Shown one piece after another: positions 1 to 7,824 of a DNA stretch of 15,929 bases. The number at the start of each line of letters is the position of its first letter. The first letter of the stretch is position 1. The position numbers and the translations under genes were made by a program. The notes below the pieces were generated by a model that was given only the letters and a program-made list of their open reading frames with translations, was not told where the DNA came from and made no database searches. This stretch comes from Patescibacteria group bacterium (GTDB taxonomy: Bacteria > Patescibacteriota > 4484-211): positions 1 to 15,929 of the forward strand of contig JAHJGY010000077.1 of the NCBI GenBank assembly GCA_018824115.1, in the 5' to 3' direction.

Positions 1-119
1 AAAATAGTACGTTTCCATAATCAAGAGGAGGTGTCTATGAACTAGATTTCCTAACCCTAACGATGTGCGTTTTCTAATGTTGGTTTCGTTTTGTACAGAG
101 TTAAACAAGGAGGTCTGTT

Positions 120-1475
120 ATGCACAAGAAACAACTGTGGCTCATCCTGGCGGTCTTCGTGATCGTTTCGTTGCTCTTGGCGGCTTGTGGAGGAAAGGAA
201 CTTGTTACTCCCGATGCTGCGCCGGCTACCAAGCCCCCGCCCGCGAGTGCGTTAACATCTTACGCAGGGGGGGACGTCAGTGGCTTCTTCGGTGCGGCCT
301 TCTGGGCTATTCTCGCCGGGTTGGCAGTTGTCTTCGCCGGCCCACTGGGGCAAGTGTTCCTCGATCGCTCTGATGGGGAGTATCGCGTCCGGCCGAAACA
401 CGTTGGCTGGGGCTTGATCTTCGCCGTCGTGATAATCGGGCTGCTCGCTGTTCCCAATATGGCCGTAACGGTCCCGGCTGGATATGAAGGCGTTCTGCTG
501 ACTTTCGGCCGCGTGGAGGACCGGGCGATGTATCCGGGATTACACTGGATCACGCCCTGGGCTCAACGGGTCGCTGTAATTAGTACCCGGGAGTATACAT
601 ACATAACAACGAGTCATGTGGACGACGACCCGCCGCCATCTGAAGACTTCATCGACTGGCCAATCACGGCCCGGACCTGTGATGGGGTTGAGGTTGATAT
701 TCCAGTAACGGTCAAGTTCAGGGTAGCGCGGCCAGGGATTGTCTACTCGAACTACGGCGGAGTGGTTGAGGCGATGGAGCGTGTGGTCAAGGCGGCTACC
801 AGGACGGCTGCGCGCGAAGCGCCGACCAGTTTCCCGGCTGTTATCCTCTACACCTCGGCTGAAGTGGCTGGTCATCCGGAGCTAATCCAAGACGAGATCC
901 TTAGGCAGGAATTGGAGAATCGGCCCTGTGGTGACCTGTCGGCCGGTTTTGAAACCGTTGAATTGGCGATCCGTGAGGTTCTTGCTACTCGTTTCAGTGA
1001 CGCCGGGCTCCAATTGACAGAGTTCGATTTGCGCCAGCCTGACTTGGGCCCGTATGGAGAACTGCTGGACGCGCGCCGAAATGCCGCCCAGCAGGCCTTG
1101 GTGGAGGAAACCAGGGTTGCCGTGTCCACCTTTCTGGCGAACCAGGCTATCGAGGTGGCGCGAGGGAGTGCCGAATCGGACAAGATCAAGACTGTTGCGG
1201 CCGCCGAGGCCGCAAAGCAGGAGGTAATTCTTGCTGCCGAGGGTGCCGCTGAAGCAACCAAATTGGGCGCTGATGCTGATCGGTACCGCCTGGAACAGGA
1301 AGGTCTAGGAGAGGCATCCAAGATTGGAGATATCCAGCAGCAGTTGGCGGAGTCGCCGGCCTATCTGGATTATATCCGCATCCTCGCCTGGCAGGCAGGC
1401 GGCGCACAAGTGCCGAACGTTGTCGTCGGCGACGACTCGGGCATGGTGCCTATCTTTACGATCCCTTCAGAATAG
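120..1475 (+). CDS. SPFH (band-7/flotillin-like) domain membrane lipoprotein
   Basis: The 451-aa ORF follows a strong SD (AAGGAGG) 8 nt upstream. The N-terminus has a lipoprotein signal with lipobox LLAAC-GG, then two hydrophobic segments. The core is an SPFH-like domain (VTVPAGYEGVLLTFGRV ... HWITPW ... VKFRV ...). The C-terminal region is Ala/Glu-rich and coiled-coil-like (AAEAAKQEVILAAEGAAEA), as in flotillin/YqiK-type proteins. GC is about 60%, much higher than the rest of the window. Confidence 0.75.
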   Translation: MHKKQLWLILAVFVIVSLLLAACGGKELVTPDAAPATKPPPASALTSYAGGDVSGFFGAAFWAILAGLAVVFAGPLGQVFLDRSDGEYRVRPKHVGWGLIFAVVIIGLLAVPNMAVTVPAGYEGVLLTFGRVEDRAMYPGLHWITPWAQRVAVISTREYTYITTSHVDDDPPPSEDFIDWPITARTCDGVEVDIPVTVKFRVARPGIVYSNYGGVVEAMERVVKAATRTAAREAPTSFPAVILYTSAEVAGHPELIQDEILRQELENRPCGDLSAGFETVELAIREVLATRFSDAGLQLTEFDLRQPDLGPYGELLDARRNAAQQALVEETRVAVSTFLANQAIEVARGSAESDKIKTVAAAEAAKQEVILAAEGAAEATKLGADADRYRLEQEGLGEASKIGDIQQQLAESPAYLDYIRILAWQAGGAQVPNVVVGDDSGMVPIFTIPSE

Positions 1476-1506
1476 GGCACCTCTTGACAGAATCTGAAAT
1501 GTAGGT

Positions 1507-1565
1507 GGTGGGGGGTACTTCCAGTATCCCCCACCGCGTTATCTTCCGCGTCTTTATTCATTCTT
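1507..1565 (+). terminator. Putative intrinsic terminator after the SPFH gene
   Basis: A GC-rich hairpin GGTGGGGG(G)TAC-loop-(G)TATCCCCCACC at 1507-1535 is followed by a U-rich tract (TCTTTATTCATTCTTTTTCC). The U-run is not immediately adjacent to the stem, so confidence is moderate. Confidence 0.4.
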
Positions 1566-1755
1566 TTTCCTTTCTAAATTCCTAGTCGGGACAGGGATCC
1601 AGTTCACCCTTAACAGGTCGTACAACTGCACGCCTTTCGTTTTTTAAGGTATAATAAAGCTAATAGCCGTTAGGCTATGCTTTATTTCAAGGTTCTGACG
1701 GGAAGCCAAGTTAGACTTGGCGAAGCGTCAGGTTCTTATAATAAAGGTCAATCGG

Positions 1756-1783
1756 TTGACAGGTAAAGGCTTGATGGTATAAT
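1756..1783 (+). promoter_or_regulatory. Sigma70-type promoter of the str operon (TTGACA-16-TGgTATAAT, extended -10)
   Basis: TTGACA at 1756-1761, a 16-nt spacer, and TGGTATAAT at 1775-1783 lie about 55 nt upstream of the rpsL ATG. Additional TATAAT-like hexamers further upstream at about 1652 and 1737 suggest tandem promoters. Confidence 0.55.
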
Positions 1784-1838
1784 TCACGGGTAATCCGCCG
1801 AATGGGCCAACCCCGCTTAGCGGGGGGGCTTTCATTGA

Positions 1839-2297
1839 ATGCCAACAATAAACCAGCTGATCCGCAAGGGTCGTAAAAAATCAAGAGTAAAATCCAAGTC
1901 TCCTGCCTTGTGCGGGACATATAATGCAATTAAGGGCCGGATGGCCCCCACGGTAAATCCTCAAAAAAGAGGGGTTTGTGTGGTGGTGCGTACAATGACG
2001 CCCAAGAAACCTAATTCCGCTTTAAGAAAAATTGCCCGTGTCCGTCTATCTAATCGCAAAGAAATTACGGCTTATATCCCCGGAGAAGGTCATAATTTAC
2101 ATGAACACTCGATTGTGCTGATTCGCGGCGGCCGAGTGAAAGATTTACCAGGGGTTAAATATCATATTGTCCGGGGCACTTTAGATACGGCCGGGGTAGA
2201 GGGGAGACATAAGGGCCGGAGTAAGTACGGAACAAAGAGAAGTGTAATTGCTAAACCGGCTCGGTCAGTAGAAGAGGATGCGGTCGCGGAAAGTTAA
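1839..2297 (+). CDS. rpsL: 30S ribosomal protein S12
   Basis: The 152-aa product begins [12 protein letters not shown] and ends ...[10 protein letters not shown] ... [20 protein letters not shown]. It carries the Firmicutes-type insertion after SPAL ([16 protein letters not shown]) and an acidic C-terminal extension of about 14 aa. Confidence 0.96.
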   Translation: MPTINQLIRKGRKKSRVKSKSPALCGTYNAIKGRMAPTVNPQKRGVCVVVRTMTPKKPNSALRKIARVRLSNRKEITAYIPGEGHNLHEHSIVLIRGGRVKDLPGVKYHIVRGTLDTAGVEGRHKGRSKYGTKRSVIAKPARSVEEDAVAES

Positions 2298-2432
2298 TCT
2301 AGCTTATGATCCGATGTAATATCGGGCGGGATCTCATTGGGTCCGCCAAAGGCGGATCGAGTCTCATTAAACCCGCCAGAGGCGGGTTAATTCGGCCAAC
2401 GGAATTGCAGTAGCAATTCTGGGCCTCATTGA
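2298..2432 (+). promoter_or_regulatory. Structured rpsL-rpsG intercistronic region with tandem CTCATT-hairpin units
   Basis: The 135-nt spacer contains hairpins CCGAT-gtaat-ATCGG, CCGCC-aaag-GGCGG, CCCGCC-agag-GGCGGG and GAATTGC-agta-GCAATTC. Each unit is preceded by CTCATT. The position matches the known S7 translational-feedback site in other bacteria. Confidence 0.4.
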
Positions 2433-2903
2433 ATGCCCAGAAAAAAAGGAAGATTTAAAAAGGTAACTACTAAACCAGATCCTAAATACCAGTCTATACA
2501 GGTGGCTAAATTAGTTAGTAAAGTCATGCAAGGTGGGAAGAAAGATGTGGCCCGGCGTATTGTTTATAGTTCGTTTGCCAAAGTGGAGAAGGATCTAAAG
2601 AAAAATCCTGCCGAGGTTTTTGATCAGGCTATTGCTAACGCAAAACCTCAACAGGAAGTAAGGTCCCGGCGGGTGGGAGGTGCTACTTATCAGGTGCCAT
2701 TGCCGGTGCGTAAAGATCGCGCAGAATCACTGGCAATGCGGTGGATTGTCTCTTTTGCCAAGGCCAAGAATGGCCCAATGGAGGCAAATCTTGCGCAAGA
2801 GATTATTGCCGCATACAACGGTGAAGGAGATGCGATCAAAAAGAGAGAAGATATCCGTCGGATGGCAGAATCTAATCGCGCCTTCGCCCATTTTAGATGG
2901 TAG
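2433..2903 (+). CDS. rpsG: 30S ribosomal protein S7
   Basis: The 156-aa product begins MPRKKGRFKK and contains ...RRVGGATYQVPLPV..., a canonical S7 sequence. Confidence 0.96.
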   Translation: MPRKKGRFKKVTTKPDPKYQSIQVAKLVSKVMQGGKKDVARRIVYSSFAKVEKDLKKNPAEVFDQAIANAKPQQEVRSRRVGGATYQVPLPVRKDRAESLAMRWIVSFAKAKNGPMEANLAQEIIAAYNGEGDAIKKREDIRRMAESNRAFAHFRW

Positions 2904-2928
2904 GTAGGGTTTGTTTCTAAGAATTTTC

Positions 2929-5025
2929 ATGGAGAAGATAGCTTTAGACAAAGTAAGAAACATGGGTTTTATTGCCCACATTGACGCTGGGAAGACAACT
3001 ACCACAGAGCGAGTACTCTATTATACTGGGAAAACTTACAAGATTGGCGATATTGACGAGGGAACAACGCAGATGGATTGGATGGAGCAGGAAAAAGAGC
3101 GCGGTATTACAATCCAGTCGGCGGCAACAACTTGTTTCTGGCCGCCGAAGGAGGCGAACAATCCCCGACCAATACACCGGATTAACATTATTGATACACC
3201 GGGCCACGTGGATTTTACGGCGGAGGTAGAGCGATCTTTGCGGGTACTGGATGGTGCAGTGGTAGTGTTTGATGGCGTTGTTGGTGTAGAGCCCCAATCA
3301 GAGACAGTCTGGCGTCAGGCGGATAAATACAAAGTACCTCGATTATGTTTTTTAAACAAGCTAGATAAAACCGGGGCAGATTTTGAGGCGAGTGTGGAAA
3401 CAATTAAGGAGCGACTTGGCGCTGAGCCAGCAGTAATCCAAATGCCGATTGGGTTAGAGGATAAATTCCAAGGGGTAGTTGATCTGCTAACAATGGAAGC
3501 TCTGTATTGGCTAGACGAGAAAGGTGAAGGACTAGAGATTAGAGAGGTTCCAGAAGACCTAAAAGATAAGGCAGCCGATAAACGTGCGGAGCTAATTGAA
3601 ATCATCAGCGCTACATCCGAAGAGTTGTTGGAAAAGTATTTGGAGGAAGGGCCAGAGTCAATAACATCAGATGAGCTAAAAAAAGCTCTCCGGAGAGCTA
3701 CTATCAATAATGAGCTCTTTCCAGTTTTAGGCGGGGCGTCTTTCAGGAATAAGGGGGTGCAGACGTTAATAGATGCTATTGTTGATTATTTGCCTTCCCC
3801 CCTTGACGTGCCGGAAACGACTGGCTATAACCCGGTCACTGGAGAGCAGGAAAAGCGTCAGCCTAGTGCGGAGACCCCACTAGCGGCGTTAGTGTTTAAG
3901 ATCCAAACCGATCCGTATGTTGGCCGGCTGGCTTATTTTCGGGTTTATTCAGGTAAAGTTCCTGCCGGAACGGAAGTTTACAATTCAACCCGCCAGAAAA
4001 GGGGCCGCGTAGGCCGGCTCCTAATTATGCATGCCAATCACCGTGAGCAGGTCCAAGAATTAGATGCCGGGGAGATCGGGGCCGCTCTGGGCTTGGAAGC
4101 TTCGACTGGGGATACATTGTGCAGTGCAGACGAGCCGATTGTTTTGGAAAAGATAGTGTTCCCAGAACCAGTGATCTCGGTGGCTATTGAACCGAAAACA
4201 AAGGCCGGACAGGAAAAAATGATGGATTCTCTCCGACGACTTTCCGAAGAGGACCCTACGTTCACTATTAGGAGTGATCAGGAGACCGGAGAAACAATTA
4301 TTTCGGGTATGGGGGAGCTGCATCTGGAGATTCTTGTGGATCGTTTGCTAAGGGAGTTTAAAGTTGAGGCTAATGTGGGTCGGCCTCAGGTGGCTTTCCG
4401 CGAAACAATTCGGCAGACAGTTGAACAAGAAGGTAAATATATCCGTCAATCTGGAGGGCGGGGTCAATATGGACACGTTTTTATCAGATTGGAGCCAAAA
4501 GGACGCGGGGAAGGATTTGAGTTTGTAAATAAAATTAGAGGCGGCGCGATTCCTTCGGAGTATATACCGGCCGTGAAAAAGGGAGTGAAAGAGGCGACGG
4601 AGTCAGGCGTTCTAGCTGGTTATCCGGTTACCGATGTTAAGGTAACACTGTTTGACGGTTCTTTCCATGAAGTTGATTCTTCCGAGATTGCTTTTAAAAT
4701 AGCTGGGTCGGATGCGTTTAAAAAGGGAGCCCGGCAAGCCGATCCAACCTTGCTTGAGCCGATTATGAAAGTTGAAGTAACTACTCCGGAGCAATATCTG
4801 GGAGATGTAATCGGAGATCTCTCGTCTAAGAGGGGTGAGATTAGCGAAACTGAAGCGCGTGGTTCAACAAGGGTCGTGAAAGCCTTGGTGCCGTTGACAG
4901 AGATGTTTGGGTACGCGACTGCACTAAGATCGATGAGTCAAGGCAGGGCGGTATTTAATATGGAGCCCTCGCATTATCAGCCGATGCCAAAGAATATTGC
5001 CGAGAAAATAATTGGTGAGAAATAA
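2929..5025 (+). CDS. fusA: Elongation factor G
   Basis: The product [34 protein letters not shown]... has a GTPase G1 motif, DTPGHVDFT, and EF-G domains through to the C-terminus. The ATG at 2929 is preferred over the TTG at 2911 reported in the ORF track, because EF-G N-termini align from MEK... Confidence 0.95.
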   Translation: MEKIALDKVRNMGFIAHIDAGKTTTTERVLYYTGKTYKIGDIDEGTTQMDWMEQEKERGITIQSAATTCFWPPKEANNPRPIHRINIIDTPGHVDFTAEVERSLRVLDGAVVVFDGVVGVEPQSETVWRQADKYKVPRLCFLNKLDKTGADFEASVETIKERLGAEPAVIQMPIGLEDKFQGVVDLLTMEALYWLDEKGEGLEIREVPEDLKDKAADKRAELIEIISATSEELLEKYLEEGPESITSDELKKALRRATINNELFPVLGGASFRNKGVQTLIDAIVDYLPSPLDVPETTGYNPVTGEQEKRQPSAETPLAALVFKIQTDPYVGRLAYFRVYSGKVPAGTEVYNSTRQKRGRVGRLLIMHANHREQVQELDAGEIGAALGLEASTGDTLCSADEPIVLEKIVFPEPVISVAIEPKTKAGQEKMMDSLRRLSEEDPTFTIRSDQETGETIISGMGELHLEILVDRLLREFKVEANVGRPQVAFRETIRQTVEQEGKYIRQSGGRGQYGHVFIRLEPKGRGEGFEFVNKIRGGAIPSEYIPAVKKGVKEATESGVLAGYPVTDVKVTLFDGSFHEVDSSEIAFKIAGSDAFKKGARQADPTLLEPIMKVEVTTPEQYLGDVIGDLSSKRGEISETEARGSTRVVKALVPLTEMFGYATALRSMSQGRAVFNMEPSHYQPMPKNIAEKIIGEK

Positions 5026-5260
5026 AGCTTGGCTTGGCGTCAATTAAGTAATATAATAGGGACAGGCTAATTAAGAAGAGAATAAAAGGTTACAGTGCCC
5101 TGATACCAGTCGCTTTACCCCGCCAGGCGGGGCTTCGCGGACTCATTTCCGCCTACGTTCATGACTTAAGGCCTGAACTCCGGCGGATTAATTCGGCTAA
5201 TAAAAAATTTTCGCTGTGGCTCAAATTATTTGAGCCTCATTGAAGAGGGGGTGAAAATGA
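5026..5260 (+). promoter_or_regulatory. fusA-tuf intergenic leader with a possible internal promoter and repeated hairpin/CTCATT module
   Basis: TTGGCT-18-TATAAT lies at 5028-5057. Downstream are the hairpin CCCCGCC-ag-GGCGGGG (5118-5132), CTCATTtCCGCC (5149-5160), GGCGGATTAATTCGGCT (5180-5196), the hairpin GCTCAAAT-t-ATTTGAGC and then CCTCATTGAAG. The SD GAGGGGG precedes the tuf ATG. Confidence 0.35.
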
Positions 5261-6448
5261 ATGGCTAAAGAAGTTTTTGAAAGAACAAAACCACACATCA
5301 ATGTTGGGGCTATTGGGCATGTTGATCACGGAAAGACAACCATGCTTTCCGCGATTACAAAGGTCTTGTCCGAAAAGGGAATGGCTAAGTTTCATGCTTT
5401 TGAGGAGATCGACAAGGCCCCCGAGGAAAAAGAGCGTGGTATTACTATTTCTATCTTCCACGTTGAATACGAGACCGAGAATCGCCATTATGCCCATATC
5501 GATTGCCCTGGCCATGAAGACTATATTAAGAACATGATTACTGGTGCAGCTCAGATGGATGGGGCAATACTAGTTGTTTCTGCTGCCGATGGCCCAATGC
5601 CTCAGACACGAGAACACGTATTGCTTGCCCGTCAGGTAAATGTTCCTAAGATGGTGGTTTTCATGAACAAGATGGACTTGGTCGAGGATATGGAATTAGC
5701 AGATTTAGTTGAAGTCGAGATCCGGGAATTGTTATCGAAATATGAGTTCCCCGGCGATGAGGTCCCTATAATTAGAGGGTCGGCCCTAAAAGCTTTAGAG
5801 GGTGACGCCGAGGCTAAGGCTTCAATTGAGAAATTGTTAGAAGCTGTAGACGAGTACATTCCCGTACCACCTCGAGAGAAAGAAAAGCCATTTCTGATGC
5901 CAATTGAGGATGTTTTCTCGATTTCTGGCCGAGGGACAGTTGCTACGGGTAGAGTTGAGCGGGGCACGGTTAAGTTAAACGAAGAAGTTGAGATTGTGGG
6001 ATTGACTGAGACAACCAAGAAGGTGGTGGTTACTGGTGTAGAAATGTTCCGCAAGACGCTGGGCGCTACTGAGGCAGGAGATAATGTTGGTCTTTTGCTT
6101 AGGGGTGTTGAACGAGATCAGATCCGACGCGGTCAGGTATTAGCTGCTCCAGGGTCGGTTAAACCAAGTACGGAATTTGAGGCGGAGATTTATGTGTTAG
6201 GTAAAGAAGAGGGAGGACGTCACACGCCGTTTTTCGCTGGATATCGACCTCAGTTCTATATGAGAACAACCGATGTAACTGGTGAAGTAACTTTGCCAGA
6301 GGGCACAGAGATGGTAATGCCTGGCGATAATGTGAAATTAACGGTGAAGTTAATTGAGCCGGTAGCCTTGGAAAAGGAGTTGCGTTTTGCTATCCGAGAG
6401 GGTGGCAATACGGTCGGTGCGGGCGTAATTACCAAGGTAATTAAGTAG
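5261..6448 (+). CDS. tuf: Elongation factor Tu
   Basis: The 395-aa product begins [27 protein letters not shown] and contains ...[30 protein letters not shown]. Domains 2 and 3 are present in full. Confidence 0.97.
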   Translation: MAKEVFERTKPHINVGAIGHVDHGKTTMLSAITKVLSEKGMAKFHAFEEIDKAPEEKERGITISIFHVEYETENRHYAHIDCPGHEDYIKNMITGAAQMDGAILVVSAADGPMPQTREHVLLARQVNVPKMVVFMNKMDLVEDMELADLVEVEIRELLSKYEFPGDEVPIIRGSALKALEGDAEAKASIEKLLEAVDEYIPVPPREKEKPFLMPIEDVFSISGRGTVATGRVERGTVKLNEEVEIVGLTETTKKVVVTGVEMFRKTLGATEAGDNVGLLLRGVERDQIRRGQVLAAPGSVKPSTEFEAEIYVLGKEEGGRHTPFFAGYRPQFYMRTTDVTGEVTLPEGTEMVMPGDNVKLTVKLIEPVALEKELRFAIREGGNTVGAGVITKVIK

Positions 6449-6573
6449 TCCCGTCCAGTGCAGTACGCAGATTGGCAAGAGCGAGTTCTCAGGCTTAGCT
6501 GTGGCAATGGTTGTCAGAGTTGTGTGGAGCTTGGCATGTGAGAATTCGCTGCTAATCTGTTCTAAATAATATT

Positions 6574-6882
6574 ATGAACAAGGGGAAAATTAGAGTATTA
6601 TTAAGATCTTTTGATCACAAAATATTGGACCAAACCGTATTGGATATTGCAGAGACGGCGCTTAATTCTGGTGCCCAGATTATTGGGCCAGTTCCTTTGC
6701 CAACAAAGAGGGAAACATTTACAGTAATCCGTGGTCCTCATATTGATAAGAAGAGCCAGGAAGCTTTTGAGAGGAGGACGCATTGCCGGTTATTAGATAT
6801 TATTAAACCAACTCCTCGAACCCTCGAAGCACTCTCAAGTCTTAGTCTGGCAGCTGGCGTTGGGATTGAAATTAAGGGATAG
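6574..6882 (+). CDS. rpsJ: 30S ribosomal protein S10
   Basis: The 102-aa product [20 protein letters not shown]...[13 protein letters not shown]...[10 protein letters not shown] is a canonical S10. There is no SD; an AT-rich tract precedes the ATG. Confidence 0.95.
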   Translation: MNKGKIRVLLRSFDHKILDQTVLDIAETALNSGAQIIGPVPLPTKRETFTVIRGPHIDKKSQEAFERRTHCRLLDIIKPTPRTLEALSSLSLAAGVGIEIKG

Positions 6883-6893
6883 GCAGGCAATGC

Positions 6894-6922
6894 AATTTTC
6901 AATTTTCTAATTTTCGAATTTA
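6894..6922. repeat. Imperfect tandem heptamer repeat (C/T)AATTTTC x3-4
   Basis: CAATTTTC AATTTTC TAATTTTC GAATTTA lies directly after the rpsJ stop, in the convergent-terminator zone between rpsJ and the minus-strand NYN gene. Confidence 0.45.
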
Positions 6923-7028
6923 CAAATAAATGGCGGATTGCACTAATTGCCAATCTATGGTTACGTCTAGCGTGGTTTAAAAATTGAGGAGGCTCTGTTT
7001 ACTTTTCCAGCGAGAATTAGTACTTGGA

Positions 7029-7544
7029 TTAGGTAGTTGAGGTTTTAAACAGGAAACGCTTCTGCTCTTTGTCCATGTCGATAAATTCGTCAGCTTCCTC
7101 GATTAGCCGATGAGAAGTGGTTTTGCCAAAGGCGATGACTTCGGTACGGCGGCCATGTCCCCGAAGATAATCTAGTAGGTCTACATAATCTCCGTCACCA
7201 GAGACTAGGGAAACAGTATCCAGAAGAGGTGTTAATCGGACAACGTCAATACACAAGCCTACGTCCCAGTCTCCCTTCTTAACTCCTCCGGCAAAAACCT
7301 GGATGGCTTTGGCACGCACTTCAAACCCTTGTTTTTCTAGCGCTTCAAAGAACCCTTTTTCTCCTTCCACATCGGCCTCGATGACGTACGCAAAGGCGCG
7401 GATTAATTTCCTGCCAGCAACTGCAGTTTTTAAAACGTTCTCAAAGTTCACCCTGGCCTTATAGAGATTTCGGGAACTATGGTACATATTGGACACGTCC
7501 ACAAAAACTCCTACTCGTTGTTGTTTATGTTTAGCAGATAGCAC
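7029..7544 (-). CDS. NYN/LabA-like (PIN-related) domain protein, predicted RNase
   Basis: The 171-aa product has a GTG start. It contains VGVFVDVSNMYHS ... DVGLCIDVV ... LVSGDGDYVDLLDYLRGHGRRTEVIAFG, matching the conserved Asp-containing NYN (PF01936-type) blocks. Confidence 0.82.
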   Translation of the reverse strand: MLSAKHKQQRVGVFVDVSNMYHSSRNLYKARVNFENVLKTAVAGRKLIRAFAYVIEADVEGEKGFFEALEKQGFEVRAKAIQVFAGGVKKGDWDVGLCIDVVRLTPLLDTVSLVSGDGDYVDLLDYLRGHGRRTEVIAFGKTTSHRLIEEADEFIDMDKEQKRFLFKTSTT

Positions 7545-7562
7545 TCGATGACCCCGCTGTCA

Positions 7563-7722
7563 CTTCGGGGGAATTAGTCCTCCGAAGCCTTTGGCGGAGG
7601 AGGATTAATGATAATCTTTCTTATTATTAACTGTAACATACTTTATTCTCGGAGCAAAGGCGTTTGTAATATTCACCTATCCTCCTCCCCGAAGCCAAAT
7701 TCAACCTCCCAGGTTGAATTTG
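7563..7722. promoter_or_regulatory. Nested inverted-repeat structure in the NYN/tdk divergent region, including a perfect 12-bp hairpin
   Basis: CTTCGGGGG (7563-7571) pairs with CCTCCGAAG (7579-7587). GGAGGAGGAT (7596-7605) pairs with ATCCTCCTCC (7679-7688), which is followed by CCCCGAAG (7688-7695). CAAATTCAACCT-ccc-AGGTTGAATTTG (7696-7722) is a perfect 12-bp stem. On the minus strand these elements form the 5' leader of the NYN gene. Confidence 0.5.
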
Positions 7723-7824
7723 TTGGTGCGTGGGCCCCTGCGAGCAAAATGGCTCCGTCATGATGTCATGCCGACATGCTGCTATGCCGACAAATTTTAT
7801 CCCCTATTACATTATATTAGGTCT

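Noticed and set aside
65-1407. Track ORFs 65-373(+), 260-553(-), 540-875(-), 872-1321(-) and 1186-1407(-) overlapping the SPFH gene
   Set aside because: All of them lie in alternative frames or antisense to a well-supported 451-aa CDS in a GC-rich stretch. High GC suppresses stop codons, so long spurious ORFs are expected there. None has a recognisable domain or an SD.
1484-1489. TTGACA hexamer right after the SPFH gene stop as a promoter
   Set aside because: There is no acceptable -10 element 16-19 nt downstream; GGTGGG follows. It overlaps the terminator hairpin region, so the match is probably fortuitous.
1880-1930. 16-aa insertion in S12 after SPAL ([16 protein letters not shown]) as a possible novelty
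   Set aside because: It aligns with the known Firmicutes-type S12 insertion, NKGYNSFKK... in Bacillus. It is a lineage marker, not a new feature.
2911-2928. TTG start of fusA at 2911, as given in the ORF track
   Set aside because: EF-G N-termini align from [24 protein letters not shown]. The ATG at 2929 is the more likely start, and the extra MFLRIF has no counterpart in EF-G.
2944-6507. Antisense and alternative-frame ORFs inside fusA and tuf (2944-3297-, 2972-3229+, 3315-3707-, 4038-4323-, 5237-5515-, 5277-5537+, 5632-6054-, 6256-6507-)
   Set aside because: They are embedded in highly conserved EF-G and EF-Tu coding sequence and have low-complexity translations, for example Ser/Thr-rich. 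They have no start context. These are typical shadow ORFs.
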